248,000 nucleotides of DNA from NCBI GenBank assembly GCA_029953675.1, contig JAMWBK010000001.1, positions 1,260,001-1,508,000 of the forward strand, written 5' to 3'. A program made the translations under genes and the position numbers. The notes under the pieces are model-generated. The model was not told the DNA's origin and made no database searches. It worked only from the letters and a program-made list of their open reading frames with translations. The first letter of the stretch is position 1; every line of letters starts with the position of its first letter. Shown here piece by piece: positions 60,176 to 73,947 of this stretch. The stretch is from Rhodosorus marinus CCMP1338. Taxonomy: Eukaryota > Plantae > Rhodophyta.

Positions 60176-63100
60176 GGCTAAATAAGGGCTTCCGGATTGG
60201 TTGCCAGTCTCTTTGTCGACCTTTGGGAGTCCCAGAGCCGAACCTGTACGGATCCCTTCGGCAAACAGTAGGTGTTTACGTAGAGCTTCAGGGGAGCATT
60301 CCATATGTGCAGATCAGTCATAATCTTCTAACCTTTACAGCACATCTGCTAACACGCCCCTCGAATGATCACCTTGATGTCCAGGCATTTATCACAAATT
60401 GAACGAAACAGTTGGATATTTTATCGCAAATACGAACACGAGTTGAGTTTACTGGCACGTGTGAGATACTTTTCTATTTAGAAAGATATTTGACTGGAAC
60501 AAATCTCAGGAAGGGGGGGGATGAGGGTCATGTGTTTGAAGATGCTTCGTAAGTTTTTGACTTCGTCTAGCGTACTCCGCCGAGCACACTCGTCGCTGCC
60601 TTACTTCGGTAACCCTGAGGCGAAAAAAAAGACTAAGCGCGGCGAAGATCGCGCGCCTCCAACATCAAAGCAGCATTCATACGCCACAGCAAGAAACTTA
60701 AACGAGTAGACAACGGGTACAGACGGTCAGGGCGTTCGGGGAACAATTCCCGAAGCCAACGAGAACCAACGGAATCCAGTAAACCCCAAGGACTCAATGA
60801 CCAGAGGTACCCGGCAGAAGCACGAATGCCTGGGGAAGCAAGACCCCCGGCATATTTCAACTCTGTGAGACGTCTCATATTGTAGCGTGGCAGCATACAA
60901 TGGTGCCTCATTTTCTACATGAAGTTCTCCTCCTCGGAGATAAAGATCCGGCTCTAAGTACTGGTTGTCAAAAATGCTCCGCGCTCTCCCGGACTATACC
61001 GCACATCCATCCTCGGAGTGTCTCCGCGCACTTCAAAACGGTGAACTAGGAAGATGAGGAATGTGAACTGGATTGGGAAGAAGGTTAAATGGTTTAGGAG
61101 ACCTTGACCAAGCAAGACACAGGGGGGAATTTCACTCCCGGATTCCGGAAAAAGTTAACCAGTACGAAAATACTACCTTTACTTTTTATACGTTTTTTAA
61201 TTCATATACACCAATAATAACGACCTTACATTCATGGGGGAATATGAATGGTGAATCTGCGTAATAAATCTCTTTTATTGGTCATAACTGTTTCATATAA
61301 TTTTATATTTTTGTAGGTCCCAGCAGCTCAAGGGAACCGCTGGCTCTCTCCATTCCTCCAAACTTTCCCGCTTGAATGAATATGTTTAATCGGGTGACTG
61401 AAAGAAAAGCTCTTGAGGGGAAACGCGTTGGAGTACGCGCGGCCGAAGACCGCGCGCCTCCAACTTCAAAGTAGCGTTCAAACGCCACACACAGCAAGAA
61501 ACTTAGACTGGTAAGTAACCGAGGAGAGGCGGTCAGGGCGTTCGCGGAACAGCTCCCGAAGCCAACGAGAAACAACGGAATCCATAAACCCAAAACACTC
61601 AACTCGATCCAGAGGTGCCAGGTGATCAGCGAGAGGCGAAACACGGATGCCAGGGGAAGACAAAGCCCCTGCTAATGCGTGCTTCCGACTCAAGAACCCA
61701 AGACTAAGGTGGTTAAAAAGCGTTGCAAGCCGGCGGAAGTCAAGCCTCGGTTGGCATGCCGTGACTATACAGTCTGGGCTCAGGTCACTACTAATCAGTA
61801 TTGGGTGTATTTTTGACCAGAGAACGAGGTTTTGGGGGTAAGACTGATTGAAACGGTCTTAATTCATTCGCGTGATCGAGATATTTGAGTGCTTACACGA
61901 GCGCACATTGTGTGCCTGTAGGAGTGCGGAAGGAAAGCAATACCCGGGAGGAGGCTTGTATCCTGTTAAGGTGTTTGGGATCGTGGAGTACAAAACGATA
62001 GCAAGAAGGCCTGGCTGTTCCCTCTCAGATTTGGTTTTTCAAGTTCTGACCTTGGCATGGTCGGTGCCCCTGAGCGCCTTGATAGGCACAGGGGAGAACC
62101 AAATCTCTAAGGACAGCAGTTGAACGTTTTCCGTTCCAAAGGTGTCCCTGGAACCCGGTTGATGGGAAAGTCGAACCAAAGCTATTCACTCTCGCCCCTG
62201 TCTCTGGTGCTCATCGGGGAACTGGAAATCCAGTGCTCCCTTCTCATTTGAAGATTACCTTGTACAGCTTTCTTAAGAGTCTAGTCCATCAGATCAATAT
62301 TCTGACAGGGGATGTAACCTTTCGGGGTACAGTATGGCTAGAGAACAGCCATCTTACCCCTCTGAAGAATTCCCATTAGCATCCTGTCTTCATTGTACTA
62401 AAGAGGATCGATTCTAGTCAAATGGGAGCATATTTATACTCCGGTGCTAGATCATGTTCAACCCTTATCTAGATTAAAATCGTTGAGATTTTAGCCCTCC
62501 TCGAACTAAAAATGTGAAAGAATACGACTTATCTGCCCTAGATCAACCCCAGAGTTGTCATGCCTTTGGTAGTACATTCGATGTAACAGTTCACCTTGTC
62601 GATGGTGCTCCTCCGGTGACCAACGGTCACACTTCTGGCCGTTTTAACAATTGTGCTACAATTAACGTGCTCCCACGGACGGCGTCTCACGGACACTCCC
62701 GGGTCTGAGTTAAAACAACTCAACTCACAGTCCTTTGTCAGCCCCCGCTGACATTCTCGCTTGACGACTCGGCCGTTATCGGTCTCTATCATCGACACCG
62801 CCGCTGCCATCAAAACTGGTGACTGCGTTCGTTTTGTGGAACACCCTGCTGACCGTACCACGCGCAGTTGTTGCTGTTGCCAGCCGTTCAGTCTTCTCCT
62901 CTCTTGATTTAACAGGTATGCAAACGCCAGTGGCCACCAACCTAGGGCTTCCTTCCTTAGGTAGGTCATCAGTACGAGGATTCATCAATATTTAGCTGAA
63001 CCCTCCACTTTGGCTTGCACGCTTTTGTTCCTCGCCCCCAGTGAACTGTCCCTAACTTGAATTTTGCGGACCTGCCTCGTATTGCTACTGGTTAAGTTAG

Positions 63101-63673
63101 TAAAACGAGAAAAAAAAAGTGCACTAACAAGATCGGCTCTACCACCAAGGCAGTCTATTTATACGCGAAGGTTAGGTATCGTTCAACCCACACCTAGACT
63201 AAACCTTCGCGCTTCTAGCCCCTGGAGAACTATAAATGCCAATAATACGAATCTTTTGTCCTAAACTGAAAACCGAAATTGACATTGTTTTAGCGCCTGC
63301 TGCCTTGCTTAGTACATTCTACATTTTACTTCCCAGTGCTGCATTGGGATAAACTCTTTCATTAACCATAATACGAATCCGTCCGGGGACTAACAAAATG
63401 AATGAATTGGTTTAATCGGAGGCTGAAAAAAAACGCCGAGCGGAAAAAAGAGACTAGGCGCGGCGGAGATCGCGCGCCTGCAAGCATCAAAGCAACATTG
63501 TGAGTTGCAACATTTCCGAGGCAATTCCGATATGGACTGTCTATATAAGCTTGTCCGGAGGCAACGGTTCCGCTTTCGGCATGACTTTCGCTGTGGATGA
63601 ACGTATCTAGGTCTAGGCCAAAAGGCACTTGAAGCATTGAGGAAAGGACGGGTTGCGGAAGACCAAAAGAAAA

Positions 63674-64651
63674 ATGATGGGCGGAAAAGTGATCTTTCTT
63701 CTGCTCCTGGTGGTCATCAGTATTGGCGTTGCACAAGACACATGTGCTTCATTCGAACTTCCTGAACCCACAGCGGTTAGACCAAACGGCGAGCCAACGA
63801 CTTCTACCAAGCGGGCCATTTGGGGCGATAAATACTGCCGGAAGTTGACGCTGCCGGAGCTGGATGGAAACGTGCCGGTCGTGTGTGTAAACACTAAGAT
63901 GATCGATGAAGATACTACCTGCCTAAAGATGAGGCTGCGAAACGTTGGATTGTCCTTTGTGAAGTCCCTCAAGATTGGCGTGCATCCAGATTGCGCCATG
64001 GTTCCTCCTGCCGATGGGAACCCGAGGAGGTTCCAAAGGCAGAGACTTGGAAACAATTTAGCGAACGGACAAGTCATAAGCTCAGTGAAGCTCTGTTTCG
64101 ACAAAATCCCAGCGACACAATCGTGCTGTGGGACAACTCGGTGTTTGGTGATGGAAGCAACTATTGATGTCGATGGAGTGGACACGACAGTAGAAATCGA
64201 TGACCCTAGATGTGGCGAGGAACCGACGTGTCCATACTACATCGGCTGTCCAAACGTGATCGACCAAGAGTCAGACACGAGACGGGGTGTTAAATACTTT
64301 TATGGCACAGATTCCGACGATGTACTACTTCTACCTGATGTCCCGTACACGCGGAGCTTTTCCTACGACGGTAGAGACGTAGTTCTTGGCGGCAACGGAA
64401 ACGATGTTGTGTTCGTCGGGGGAGGAGAGAATACTATGAAAGGGGGCTTGGGCAACGACCAGTTTTTTGCCGATGAGGACGGAGTAAACAGAGTTTACCT
64501 CGGTGGCGGCACTGATGCATTTGGCCCCTTCCTTGACGGTGGTGCAACTCCAGACTACTATTATGGAGGCCAGGGGAATGACGTTTACTTCTCTTACAAT
64601 CTGGATTACAACGATGTTGTCCAAAGTTTTGATGGCCCGATCTCGTCGTAG
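63674..64651 (+). CDS. Secreted Cys-rich + RTX repeat protein, subfamily 1 copy 2
   Basis: Close paralog of 49669-50643; GGNGND, GGLGND, GGQGND. Confidence 0.8.
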   Translation: MMGGKVIFLLLLVVISIGVAQDTCASFELPEPTAVRPNGEPTTSTKRAIWGDKYCRKLTLPELDGNVPVVCVNTKMIDEDTTCLKMRLRNVGLSFVKSLKIGVHPDCAMVPPADGNPRRFQRQRLGNNLANGQVISSVKLCFDKIPATQSCCGTTRCLVMEATIDVDGVDTTVEIDDPRCGEEPTCPYYIGCPNVIDQESDTRRGVKYFYGTDSDDVLLLPDVPYTRSFSYDGRDVVLGGNGNDVVFVGGGENTMKGGLGNDQFFADEDGVNRVYLGGGTDAFGPFLDGGATPDYYYGGQGNDVYFSYNLDYNDVVQSFDGPISS

Positions 64652-65229
64652 ATGGGTAGGAGGAGGTTATTGTTCTCAGAGGTTTAGTATAAACCACGGA
64701 ATGTGTCCCTTACGAAAACTAAAACAAGGGGAGAAGGTAGAGGACCCCCCTCAATGAGATATCAGAAAAGCCCCTGATCGCAAATTTCTTTTGAGCGGGC
64801 GATTCAGGTGCTATCGCATTCACTGCCAGCTGCCCATTACAGCTCCAGAGAATCCTATTGATTCCTTTGCCGCTGCCGACCCCAAAGCGTCATTTTCCCG
64901 GATGACAACGATGTTGTCAAAAAATTTGTTAACAAGTAAAGCCACAAACACCTGGTTTTGTCCACACAAAGGGAGGCTTTTTTACTTCCTCGACCCACGC
65001 TATGACAGCCTGTCTAGCTCAGTAGAAGTAATAATGATTCATTGATACATTGTAAGTGCTCATTACCCTCCTGTCCACAGTCGATTCAATTGATAGTGGT
65101 CGGGAAAAAGCGCTTTTGATGGGGTAAACAGTGCAGGAAATGGAAGTTCTTAGAGGGTTAAAGAGATTCGTAGCCACGCACACGCCGTTACCTTTTACTA
65201 AAGCAATCCCTCTAAGATCATCCGTAATC

Positions 65230-65600
65230 ATCGGGGTTGCTTGACTAAAAAGTAACTGTGTATGCTCCTCCACGGGTCACTACAGCTCTGTAAGAACTTT
65301 CCGGTCCAGCAGGTTATGAGTCCAGCTCACAGCCTCGGAGAGGTGTGACCTAGGAAGATGAGGAATGAACTGGATTGTAGAGAAGGTTAGAGGAGACCTT
65401 GGCCAAGGAGGACACAGGGGGGACTTTTGTTAACAAAACTAGGTGTATGAGTGTTGTTCATCCTCGACGTTCATATATACTCCGAGTCAACTATACTTGA
65501 TGGCTTCTAGTATCAATATATATGAGGTGCTATCTCTGAGATGCTTGGACTTAGGGAAAACCTTCATGCAGATGCAAGCGTAGCAAAACCCTTAATCCTA
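65230..65600 (+). mobile_element. TRIM-like mini LTR element
   Basis: ..CA-GGTTATGAGTCCAG PBS (65312), ~115-bp interior, PPT AGGGGGGA, TGTTAACA LTR start; related copy on - strand at ~79960-80480. Confidence 0.5.
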
Positions 65601-65689
65601 CCCAGGTTTTATCCTATTCACTCAGGTAGCCAACAAAAATACGAATCCCTACTGACGATACAATGGCTCTGTGTTAGTAACCGTAAACT

Positions 65690-66620
65690 TTACTGCGCAG
65701 CTGCCTACTGCAGCGTATCACTAGTTCTACTACTATCTAGCGAAAAGCTTACGCTAATCCCGCTACCGGGGTCTCATGCTGCGTTCACACGAAAAAACAG
65801 GGACGAGTGGATTCGCCAACTGGTCCACTCCCAGAGCGCCCATAGCTATCTCCGCGTTCCTCGGCCATAATTTGCGGTTGATCTGAGCCCGAACATCGCT
65901 CAGTTCTAAGCTCCGGTGCAACAAATGCTTGCATCTATCTCGTAGAAATTCTTGGGCCATTTGTCCTGTACGCCCAAAGCTCTCGATCGCAATGGGAATG
66001 AGCTTGTCGTCTGGCTTCTCCACTGACATCGCCTCTTTGTAATGTGCCATTTCCACCTCTTCGCTCGTTTCGCTGCATATCCATTCTCTGACCCACTCCG
66101 ATTCACGTTTTTCTCCTGCACTGGCGATGTGACAGTCACATCCAGCGCATACCTTTGGAACGTCCTGGGATGAGTGGCAATGATATCCGGTCTTAGTCGG
66201 TAGTTCTCGAAGTACCCCTCCGGTTCTTGCTTAACGTCGATGAAATTCCCGTGATTCAGCGTCAGCTCCGTCAGATTTCGTCGTACCTTCGCTGCCATAG
66301 TCCCGTCGATGTTGGGCAATGGTTTCACCATTGTACGCCGTTAGTACCATGCGTACTACCACAACTAGTACACTTCCCCGACGTCCGTATGTCCAGTATC
66401 GGCAAACCCAACAGCTGTCGTACATTCACTTGCAGTTCTGCTGTACTCTGTTTTTTCGGCGCGAGCGTCGGCATTTCCCGTAACCACACTCCTGATCCGG
66501 CTCCGGCTGCGGACCGAATTCTGGCCCGATCTTCAGCCGAAATTTGCCCGTGGGATCCCAGTCTTTGGAAAGCTGCATGGTGTGCCTCTCTCGAGAGGGT
66601 TTGTTGAATGCCCTATTTGT
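65690..66620 (-). mobile_element. Family C RLE non-LTR 3' portion
   Basis: LRPDIIATHPRTFQRYALDVTVTSP, KLIPIAIESFGRTG; 3' UTR GCATGAGACCCCGGTAGCGGG..GCTGCAGTAGGCAGC. Confidence 0.85.
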
Positions 66621-66879
66621 CACCAAATCCGACTGAGACAGAACCCCCATCTAAGTGCACTAAATATATATAAGGGCTTCCGAATTGGTTCCCAGTCTCT
66701 TTGTTGACCTACGGGAGTCAAAGAGCCGAACCTGTACGGATATCTTCGGCACGCAGTAGGTGTTTACGTAGAGCTTCAGGGGAGCATTCGATACGTGCAG
66801 ATCAGTCATAATCTGCTAACATTTATAGCACCGCGCCCCCATCGAATGATCACCTTGATGTCCACGCATTTGTCACAAA

Positions 66880-69800
66880 TTGCTCCTGCTCCAGATCGGT
66901 CTCGGATAGGGCACCGCCCCGCTGTATCGCAGATCTCCTCGCCTCCGATGCTGCCACTAGACGCTCAGGATATGTTTACCTCGCGATTACATGCCCTGTG
67001 GCAGGCGCCCATCTGACGGCTGCCGCCCGCCCCCGGGGAACAGCTGCTTCGGCCCTTCGCCGAGTGAAGAAACGACGGTATGCTGAGAGTGTGGCCAGTC
67101 TGCCTCGCGCTGGGGGTCGCTCCCACCGGTTCCAGCCTTTCACTGTGGAAAGCTTTGGTCACGTGGAGAAGTCGGGTTTGGAATGGTTGCGGAAATGCTT
67201 TACTGAGCATCCTGTTGAATACTTGGAACTTTTGCGGCGTTTAAGTGTCTCTCTGTGGCGATATTCGAGCAGCATGCTTGCCGAGGCGCGCCATCGGCGC
67301 CTGGGTTTGCACGCTTCCCTACCTAGTTCTTAGTTCCTTTTCACGGTTTGCGTAGCGCTTCAGGCTAAGCCAGTAAAGCCATGTGCGTAGCGCTTTAGGC
67401 TATGCTAATAAAGCCAATAAAGCCATAAAGCATATGTTGACCTCGCGATTGCATGCCCTGTGTCACGGCTGCCGCCCGCCGCCGGGGAACAGCTGCTTCG
67501 GCCTTTCGCCGAGTGAAGGAACGACGGTATGCTGAGAGTATGGCCAGTCTGCCTCGTGCTAAGGGTCGCTCCCACCGGTTCCAGCCTTTCACTGTGGAAA
67601 GCTTGGTCACGTGGAGAAGTCGGGTTTGGAATGGTTGCGGAAATGTTTTACTGAGCATCCTGTTGAATACTTGGAACTTTTGCGACGTTTAGGTGTCTCT
67701 CTGAGGCGATATTCTAGCAGCATGCTTGCCGAGGCGCGCCATTGGCGCCTGGGTTTGCACGCTTCCCGCTTCCCTACCTAGTTTTTAGTTCCTTTTCACG
67801 CTTTGCGTAGCGCTTTAGGTTATGCTAAAAAAAAAAAACAACCAACAAAACCAATAAAACCACCCCCACATAAAGCAATACGGATATATGGTTTAACACC
67901 ATCGACCTTTGCCTTACCGCTTGCAATGAATGAATTGGTTTAATCGGAGGCTGAAAGAAAAAAAAACCGAGGGGAAGAAAAAGACTAAGCGCGGCGAAGA
68001 TCGTGCGCCTTCAACATCAAAGCAGCGTTCATACGGCGCACTGCAAGAAACTTAACGGGTAAACAACGAGGAGAGACGGTCAGGGCGTTCGCGGAACAAT
68101 TCCAAAAGCCAACGAGAACCAAACAGAATCCATAAAACCAAAGCACTCAATGACCAGAGGTACCAGGCAGAAACACGAATGCCTGGGGAAGACAACGCCA
68201 CCGCATATTCCAACTCTTTGAGACGTTTCATATTGGTGCTAGCGTGGCAGCTTATACAGGGCTTTACTGGGCTTTAATAGCATAGCCTGAAGCGCTACGC
68301 AAACCGTGAAAAGGAACTAAGAACTAGGGAGGGAAGCGGGAAGCGTGCAAACCCAGGCGCCAATGGCGCGCCTCGGCAAGCATGCTGCTAGAATATCGCC
68401 TCAGAGAGACACCTAAACGCCGCAAAAGTTCCAAGTATTCAACAGGATGCTCAGTAAAACATTTCCGCAACCATTTCAAACCCGACTTCTCCACGTGACC
68501 AAAGCTTTCCACAATGAAAGGCTGGAACCGGTGGGAGCGGCCCTTAACACGAGGCAGACTGGCCATGCTCTCAGCATACCGTCGTTCCTTCACTCGTCGA
68601 AGAGCCGAAGCGGCTGCCCCTCGGCGGTGGGCGGCAGCCGTGAGATGGGCGCTCGCCACAGGGCATGTAATCGCGAGGTCAACATATGCTGAGCGTCGTG
68701 CAGCAGGGTCTGATACAAGAAGATCTGCGATACAGTGGGCCGGCGCCGTGTCCGAGACCGATCTGGGTAGTCCCGATTCTACCTCAACCGTATGCCCTAC
68801 CCGAGTTAAACATTCGCTTAGGATGTACTTGAGACGAGTGTGGCGCCTCGTGCGGAGACCTCGCAACAGGCCGCATGAACCCAAGAAGTGGTAGCCACAA
68901 GCGTCAACCCGGCTATCACATCCCTGACAGAAAGACGGCCGATTAGAGTGCCACGGGGCTTGTGGCAAACCTAAGTAGATCCGTGCGGCGGAGCGGAAGT
69001 GGAAGGCATCGAGACGGTGACCCGGCGACGAAGGCAGAGTGGTAACCACAGGTGCGAGAGATGGCCTCCCATGCCGCGAAGGCGAGCGGCGGTGGTAGGC
69101 GGTGTGAGTGGACAGTTGAGCAAGATTGCGTGAGCGGCACTGTGAGCTTTACTAGCATAGCCTGAAGTGCTACGCATGGCGTGAAAAGGAACTAAGAACT
69201 AGGGAGAGAAGCGTGCAAACTCAGGCGCCGATGGCGCGCCTCGGCAAGCATGCTGCTAGAATATCGCCACAGGGCGGCACTAAAACGCCGTAAAAGCGCC
69301 AAGTACTCAGTAGGATGCTCAGCGAAACATTTCCGCATCCACGCTAAACCTGACTTATCCACGTGACCAAAGCTTTCCACAATGAAAGGCTGGAACCGAT
69401 GGGAGCGACCCTCGGCGTAGGGCAGACTGGCCATGCTCCCAGCATACCGTCGTTCCTTCACTCGTCGAAGAGCCGAAGCGGCTGCCTCTCGGCGGCGAAG
69501 CTTATACTGGACTTTACTGGCTTTATTATCATAGCCTACAGCGCTACGCAAACCGTTAAAAGGAACTAAGAACTAGGTAGGGAAGCGTGCAAACCCAGGC
69601 GCCGATGGCGCGCCTCGGCAAGCATGCTGCTCGAATATCGCCACAGAGAGGCACTTAAGCGCCGCAAAAGTTCCAAGTATTCAACAGGATTCTTTCCGCA
69701 ACCACTCCAAACCCGACTTCTCCACGCGACCAAAGTTTTCCACAATGAAAGGCTGGAACCGGTGGGAGCGACCCTGAGCGCGAGGAAGGCTGGCCATACT

Positions 69801-70600
69801 CTCAACATACCGTCGTTCCTTCACGCGGCGAAGGGCCGAAGCAGCTGCTCCCCGGCGACGGGCGGCAGCCGTCAGATGGGCGCTTGCCAGAGGGCATGTA
69901 ATCGCGAGGTCAACTTATGCTGAGCGTCTGGCGCCGGCATCGGAGACGAGGAGATCTGCGATACAGCGGAGCGGTGCCCTATCCGAGACCCATCTGGGTA
70001 GTTCCGATTCCACCTCAACCGTATGCCCTACCCGAGTCAGACATTCGCTGAGAATGTACTTGAAGCGAGTGTGACGCCTCGTACGAAGACCTCTCAACAG
70101 TCCGCATGAACCTAAGAAATGGTAACCGCAAGCATCGATCCGACTCTCACATCCCTGACAGAAAGACGGCCGATTAGAGTGCCACTAGCATAGCCTGAGG
70201 CGCTACGCAAGGCGTGAAAAAGAACTAAGAACTAGGGCGGGAAGCGTGCAAACCCAGGCGCCGATGGCGCGCCTCGGCAAGCATGCTGCTAGAATATCGC
70301 CGCAGGGCGACATTCAAACGCCGTAAAAGCGCCAAGTACTCAGTAGGATGCTCAGCGAAACATTTCCGCAACCAGTCAAGCCAGTTCAGGCTATGCTAGT
70401 AAAGTCCTTCTCTGAAGATCACGCGCTTCTAAACCCGACTTATCCACATGACCAAAGCTTTCCACAATGAAAGGCTGGAACGGGTGGGAACGACCCGCGG
70501 CGTAGGGCAGGCTGGCCATGCTCTCAGCATACCGTCGTTCCTTCACTCGTCGAAGAGCCGAAGCTTATTCTGGCTTTATTAGCCTACAGCTTTATTAGCA
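66880..70600. mobile_element. Cluster of older family A 3' fragments (both orientations, nested)
   Basis: At least 7 RLE C-termini ending EARHRRLGLHASLPSS; AATAAAGCC tails. Confidence 0.85.
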
Positions 70601-70832
70601 TACTAATGACTCGTGTTCTATCGGAACTTCTCCTCCTCGAGATAAAGTTCCGTCTCTAAGTATTGGTTGTCAAAAAATGCTCCGCGGACTCCCGGACTAT
70701 ACGCGCATATCCGTCCCCTGGAGTATCTTCGCGCACTTTAAAACTGTAAACTGGGAAGGTGAGGAATGAATGGTTTGAGGAGACCTTGGCCAAGTAGGAC
70801 AGAGGGGGTCAGTTTCACCCCCTGATTGAATG

Positions 70833-71320
70833 AATGGTTTAATCGGAGGCTGAAAAAAAAACCCCGAGGGGAAAAAAAGACTAAGCGCGGCGAAGTACTC
70901 GCGCCTCCAACATCAAAGCGGCATTCATGCGCCACAGCAGGAAACTTAAGCGGGTAAACAACGATTGAAGACGGTCAGGGCGTTCGCGGAACAACTCCCG
71001 AAGCCAGCGAGAACCAACAGAGTCCATGAACCCAAAGCACTCAATGATCAGGGGTACCAAGCGATGTGCTAGTGCCGAAGCACGAACACCAGGGGAAGAC
71101 AAAGCCCCCGCGTATTTGATCTCTTTGCGGCGTCTCATGCTGGCGGCGGCAGATCCACGGCGCTCCCCCGCAGCCGGGAGATAACGACTAGCTTGAGGGT
71201 TAGGAACAGCAAGATCAACGTATGTGGTACGGCGGCTGTCGTCACAGGTGATCACCAGATCGGCTACACGGCGTTCATCATTTTGAAAGTCCGCGACGGG
71301 TAAAGGTTTCTCACGTTCGA
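70833..71320 (-). mobile_element. Family B 5'-truncated copy
   Basis: RLE C-terminus and B tail. Confidence 0.9.
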
Positions 71321-73134
71321 TTACGGGAAAGGTTAACCAAACAATACGAAAAAATACTATCCTTATTTTTATACGTGTTTTAATTTAATATACACCAATA
71401 ATAGCGACCTTACATTCATGGGGGAATATGAATGGTAAATCTGCGTACCAAGTCTCTTTTATTGGTCATATTTGTTTCATATAATTTTATATTCTTGTAT
71501 GTCCAAGGCAGCTCAAGGGAACCGCTGACTTTCTCCAATTCTAAACTTTCCCATTGAATGAATTTGTTTAATCGGATCACTGAAAGAAAATTTCCTGAAG
71601 GGGAAAGAACGAGTACGCGCGGCTGAAGATCGCCCGCCTCCAACTTGAAAGTAGCGTTCAGACGCCACAGCAAGAAACTTACACGGATAAGCAAACGAGG
71701 AGGCAGGGTCAGGGCGGTCGCGGAACAGCTCCTGAAGCCAACGAGAACCAACGGAATCCACAAAAACCCAAAGCACTCAACTCGATCCAGAGGTGCCAGG
71801 CGATCAGCCGAGAAGCGCAACACGAATGCCAGGGGAAGACAAAGCCCCTACTAATTCGTGCTTCCGACTCAAAAACCCCTGACTTCGGCGGTTAACGAGG
71901 AACAAAAAAGTGTGCAAGGCAAGCCGGCGGAAGTCAAGCCTCGGCTGCAATGGCGTGACTATGTAGTCTGGGCTCAGGACAACTAATCAGTATTGGGTGT
72001 ATTTTTGACAAGAGAACCAATTTTTGGGGGTAAGCACTGATTGAAACGGTCTTAATGCATTCGCCTGATCAGCCATTTGAGCGCTTACATTGTGTTCTCC
72101 TAGGAGTGCGGAAGGAATGAAATGCCCGGGAGGAGGGTTGTATCCTGTTAAGGTCTTTAGGATCGTGGAGCACAAAAGGATAGCAAGAAAGCCTAGCTGT
72201 TCCCTCTCAGATTTTCAAGTTCTGACCTTGGGATGCTCGGCGCCCCTGAGCGCCTTGATATGCACAGGGGAGAACCAAATCTCTAAGGACAGCAATTGAC
72301 TGTTTTCGTTCCAAAGGTGTCCCTGGGATCCGGTTGAAGGGAAAATTGAACCAAAGCTATTCACTCTCGCCCCTGTTTCTGGTGCTTATCCGGGAACTGG
72401 AAGTCCAATGCACCCTGCTCATTTGAAGATTACTTTGTACCGCTTTCTTAAGAGTCTAGACCATCAGATCAATGTGTATTCTGACTGGGGATGTAGACTT
72501 TCGGGGTATACTAGAGTCCAGGTAATGCTCACATCCTTGTCATCTTGCCCTCTGTCTTGCCTGTGCTAAACCTGACTGACTCTCTAGCCAAGGGGAAATC
72601 TATTTATTCGCGCACTCGATATGCACAAGGGAGAACTAGAGCGCAAAGGAGAACAATTGGCTGTTTTCCGTTCAAAGAGTTTCCCTGGATCCGGGTTGAA
72701 GGGGAAGACGAACCAAGGCTATTCATTCTCTCCCTTTGTTTCTGGTGCTCATCACGGAACTGGAAATCCAATGCTGCCTGCCCCCCACTTGAAGATTGCT
72801 CTTGTACCGCTTTCTTAAGAGTCTGGACCATCAGATCAATATGCATTCTGATTGGGGAAGTAAACGTTCGGGGTATAGTATGGGTAGAGGACCGGCATCT
72901 TACCCCTCTGAAGAGTTCCCGTTCGCATCCTTCTGATTTTTCCTTCTGTCTTCATTGTACTAAACAAGATCGATTCTAGTCAAACGGGAGCATATTTATA
73001 CTCCAGTGCTAGATCACATTCGACCCTTATCTAGACTAAAATCGTTGAGTTTTTAGCCCTCCTCGAACGAAGAATATGATAGAATACGACACATCTGCCC
73101 TAGATCAAACCCGGAGTTGTCCTGCCTTTAGTGG

Positions 73135-73947
73135 ACTTTACCGGACTTTACTGGACTTTACTAGCACTAGCATAGCCTGAAGCGCTACGCAAGGCGTGAA
73201 GATGAACTAATAACTAGGGAGGGAAGCATGCAACCCCAGGCGCCGATGGCGCGCCTCGGAAAGCATGTGGAATTTACTAGCATAGCCTGAAGCGCTACGC
73301 AAGGCGTGAAGATGAACTAATAACTAGGGAGGGAAGCATGCAACCCCAGGCGCCGATGGCGCGCCTCGGAAAGCATGTGGAATTTACTAGCATAGCCTGA
73401 AGCGCTACGCAAGGCGTGAAGATGAACTAATAACTAGGGAGGGAAGCATGCAACCCCAGGCGCCGATGGCGCGCCTCGGAAAGCATGTCGCCGGAATATC
73501 GCCAAAGGGAGACACTTAAACGCCTCAAGAGCGCCAAATATTCAGTAGGATGCTCAGCAAAACATTTCCGCAACCACTCTAAACCCGACTTATCGACGTG
73601 ACCAAAGCTTTTCACAATGAATGGCTGGAACCGGTGAGAGCGACCCTCAGCGCAAGGCAGACTGGCCATGCTCTCAGCATACCGTCGTTCCTTAACTCTT
73701 CGAAGGGCTGAAGCCGCGGCCCCCCGGCGGCGGGCGGCTGCGGTGAGGTGGGCGCTGGCCACGGGGCAGGTAATCGCAAGGTCCACATATGTTGAGCGTC
73801 TGGCAGCAGCGTCAGAGACGAGGAGATCGGCTATACAGCGGGGCGGTGCAGAGTCCGAGATGGATCTGGGCAGTTCCGACTCAACCTCAACCGTATGCCC
73901 TATCCGAGTCAAAAATTCGCTGAGGATGTACTTGAGGCGAGTGTGAC
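73135..73947 (-). mobile_element. Family A insertion with tandem 120-bp 3'-end units
   Basis: TSD CTTTAGT; two identical 120-bp 3' fragments adjoin the longer copy. Confidence 0.88.
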
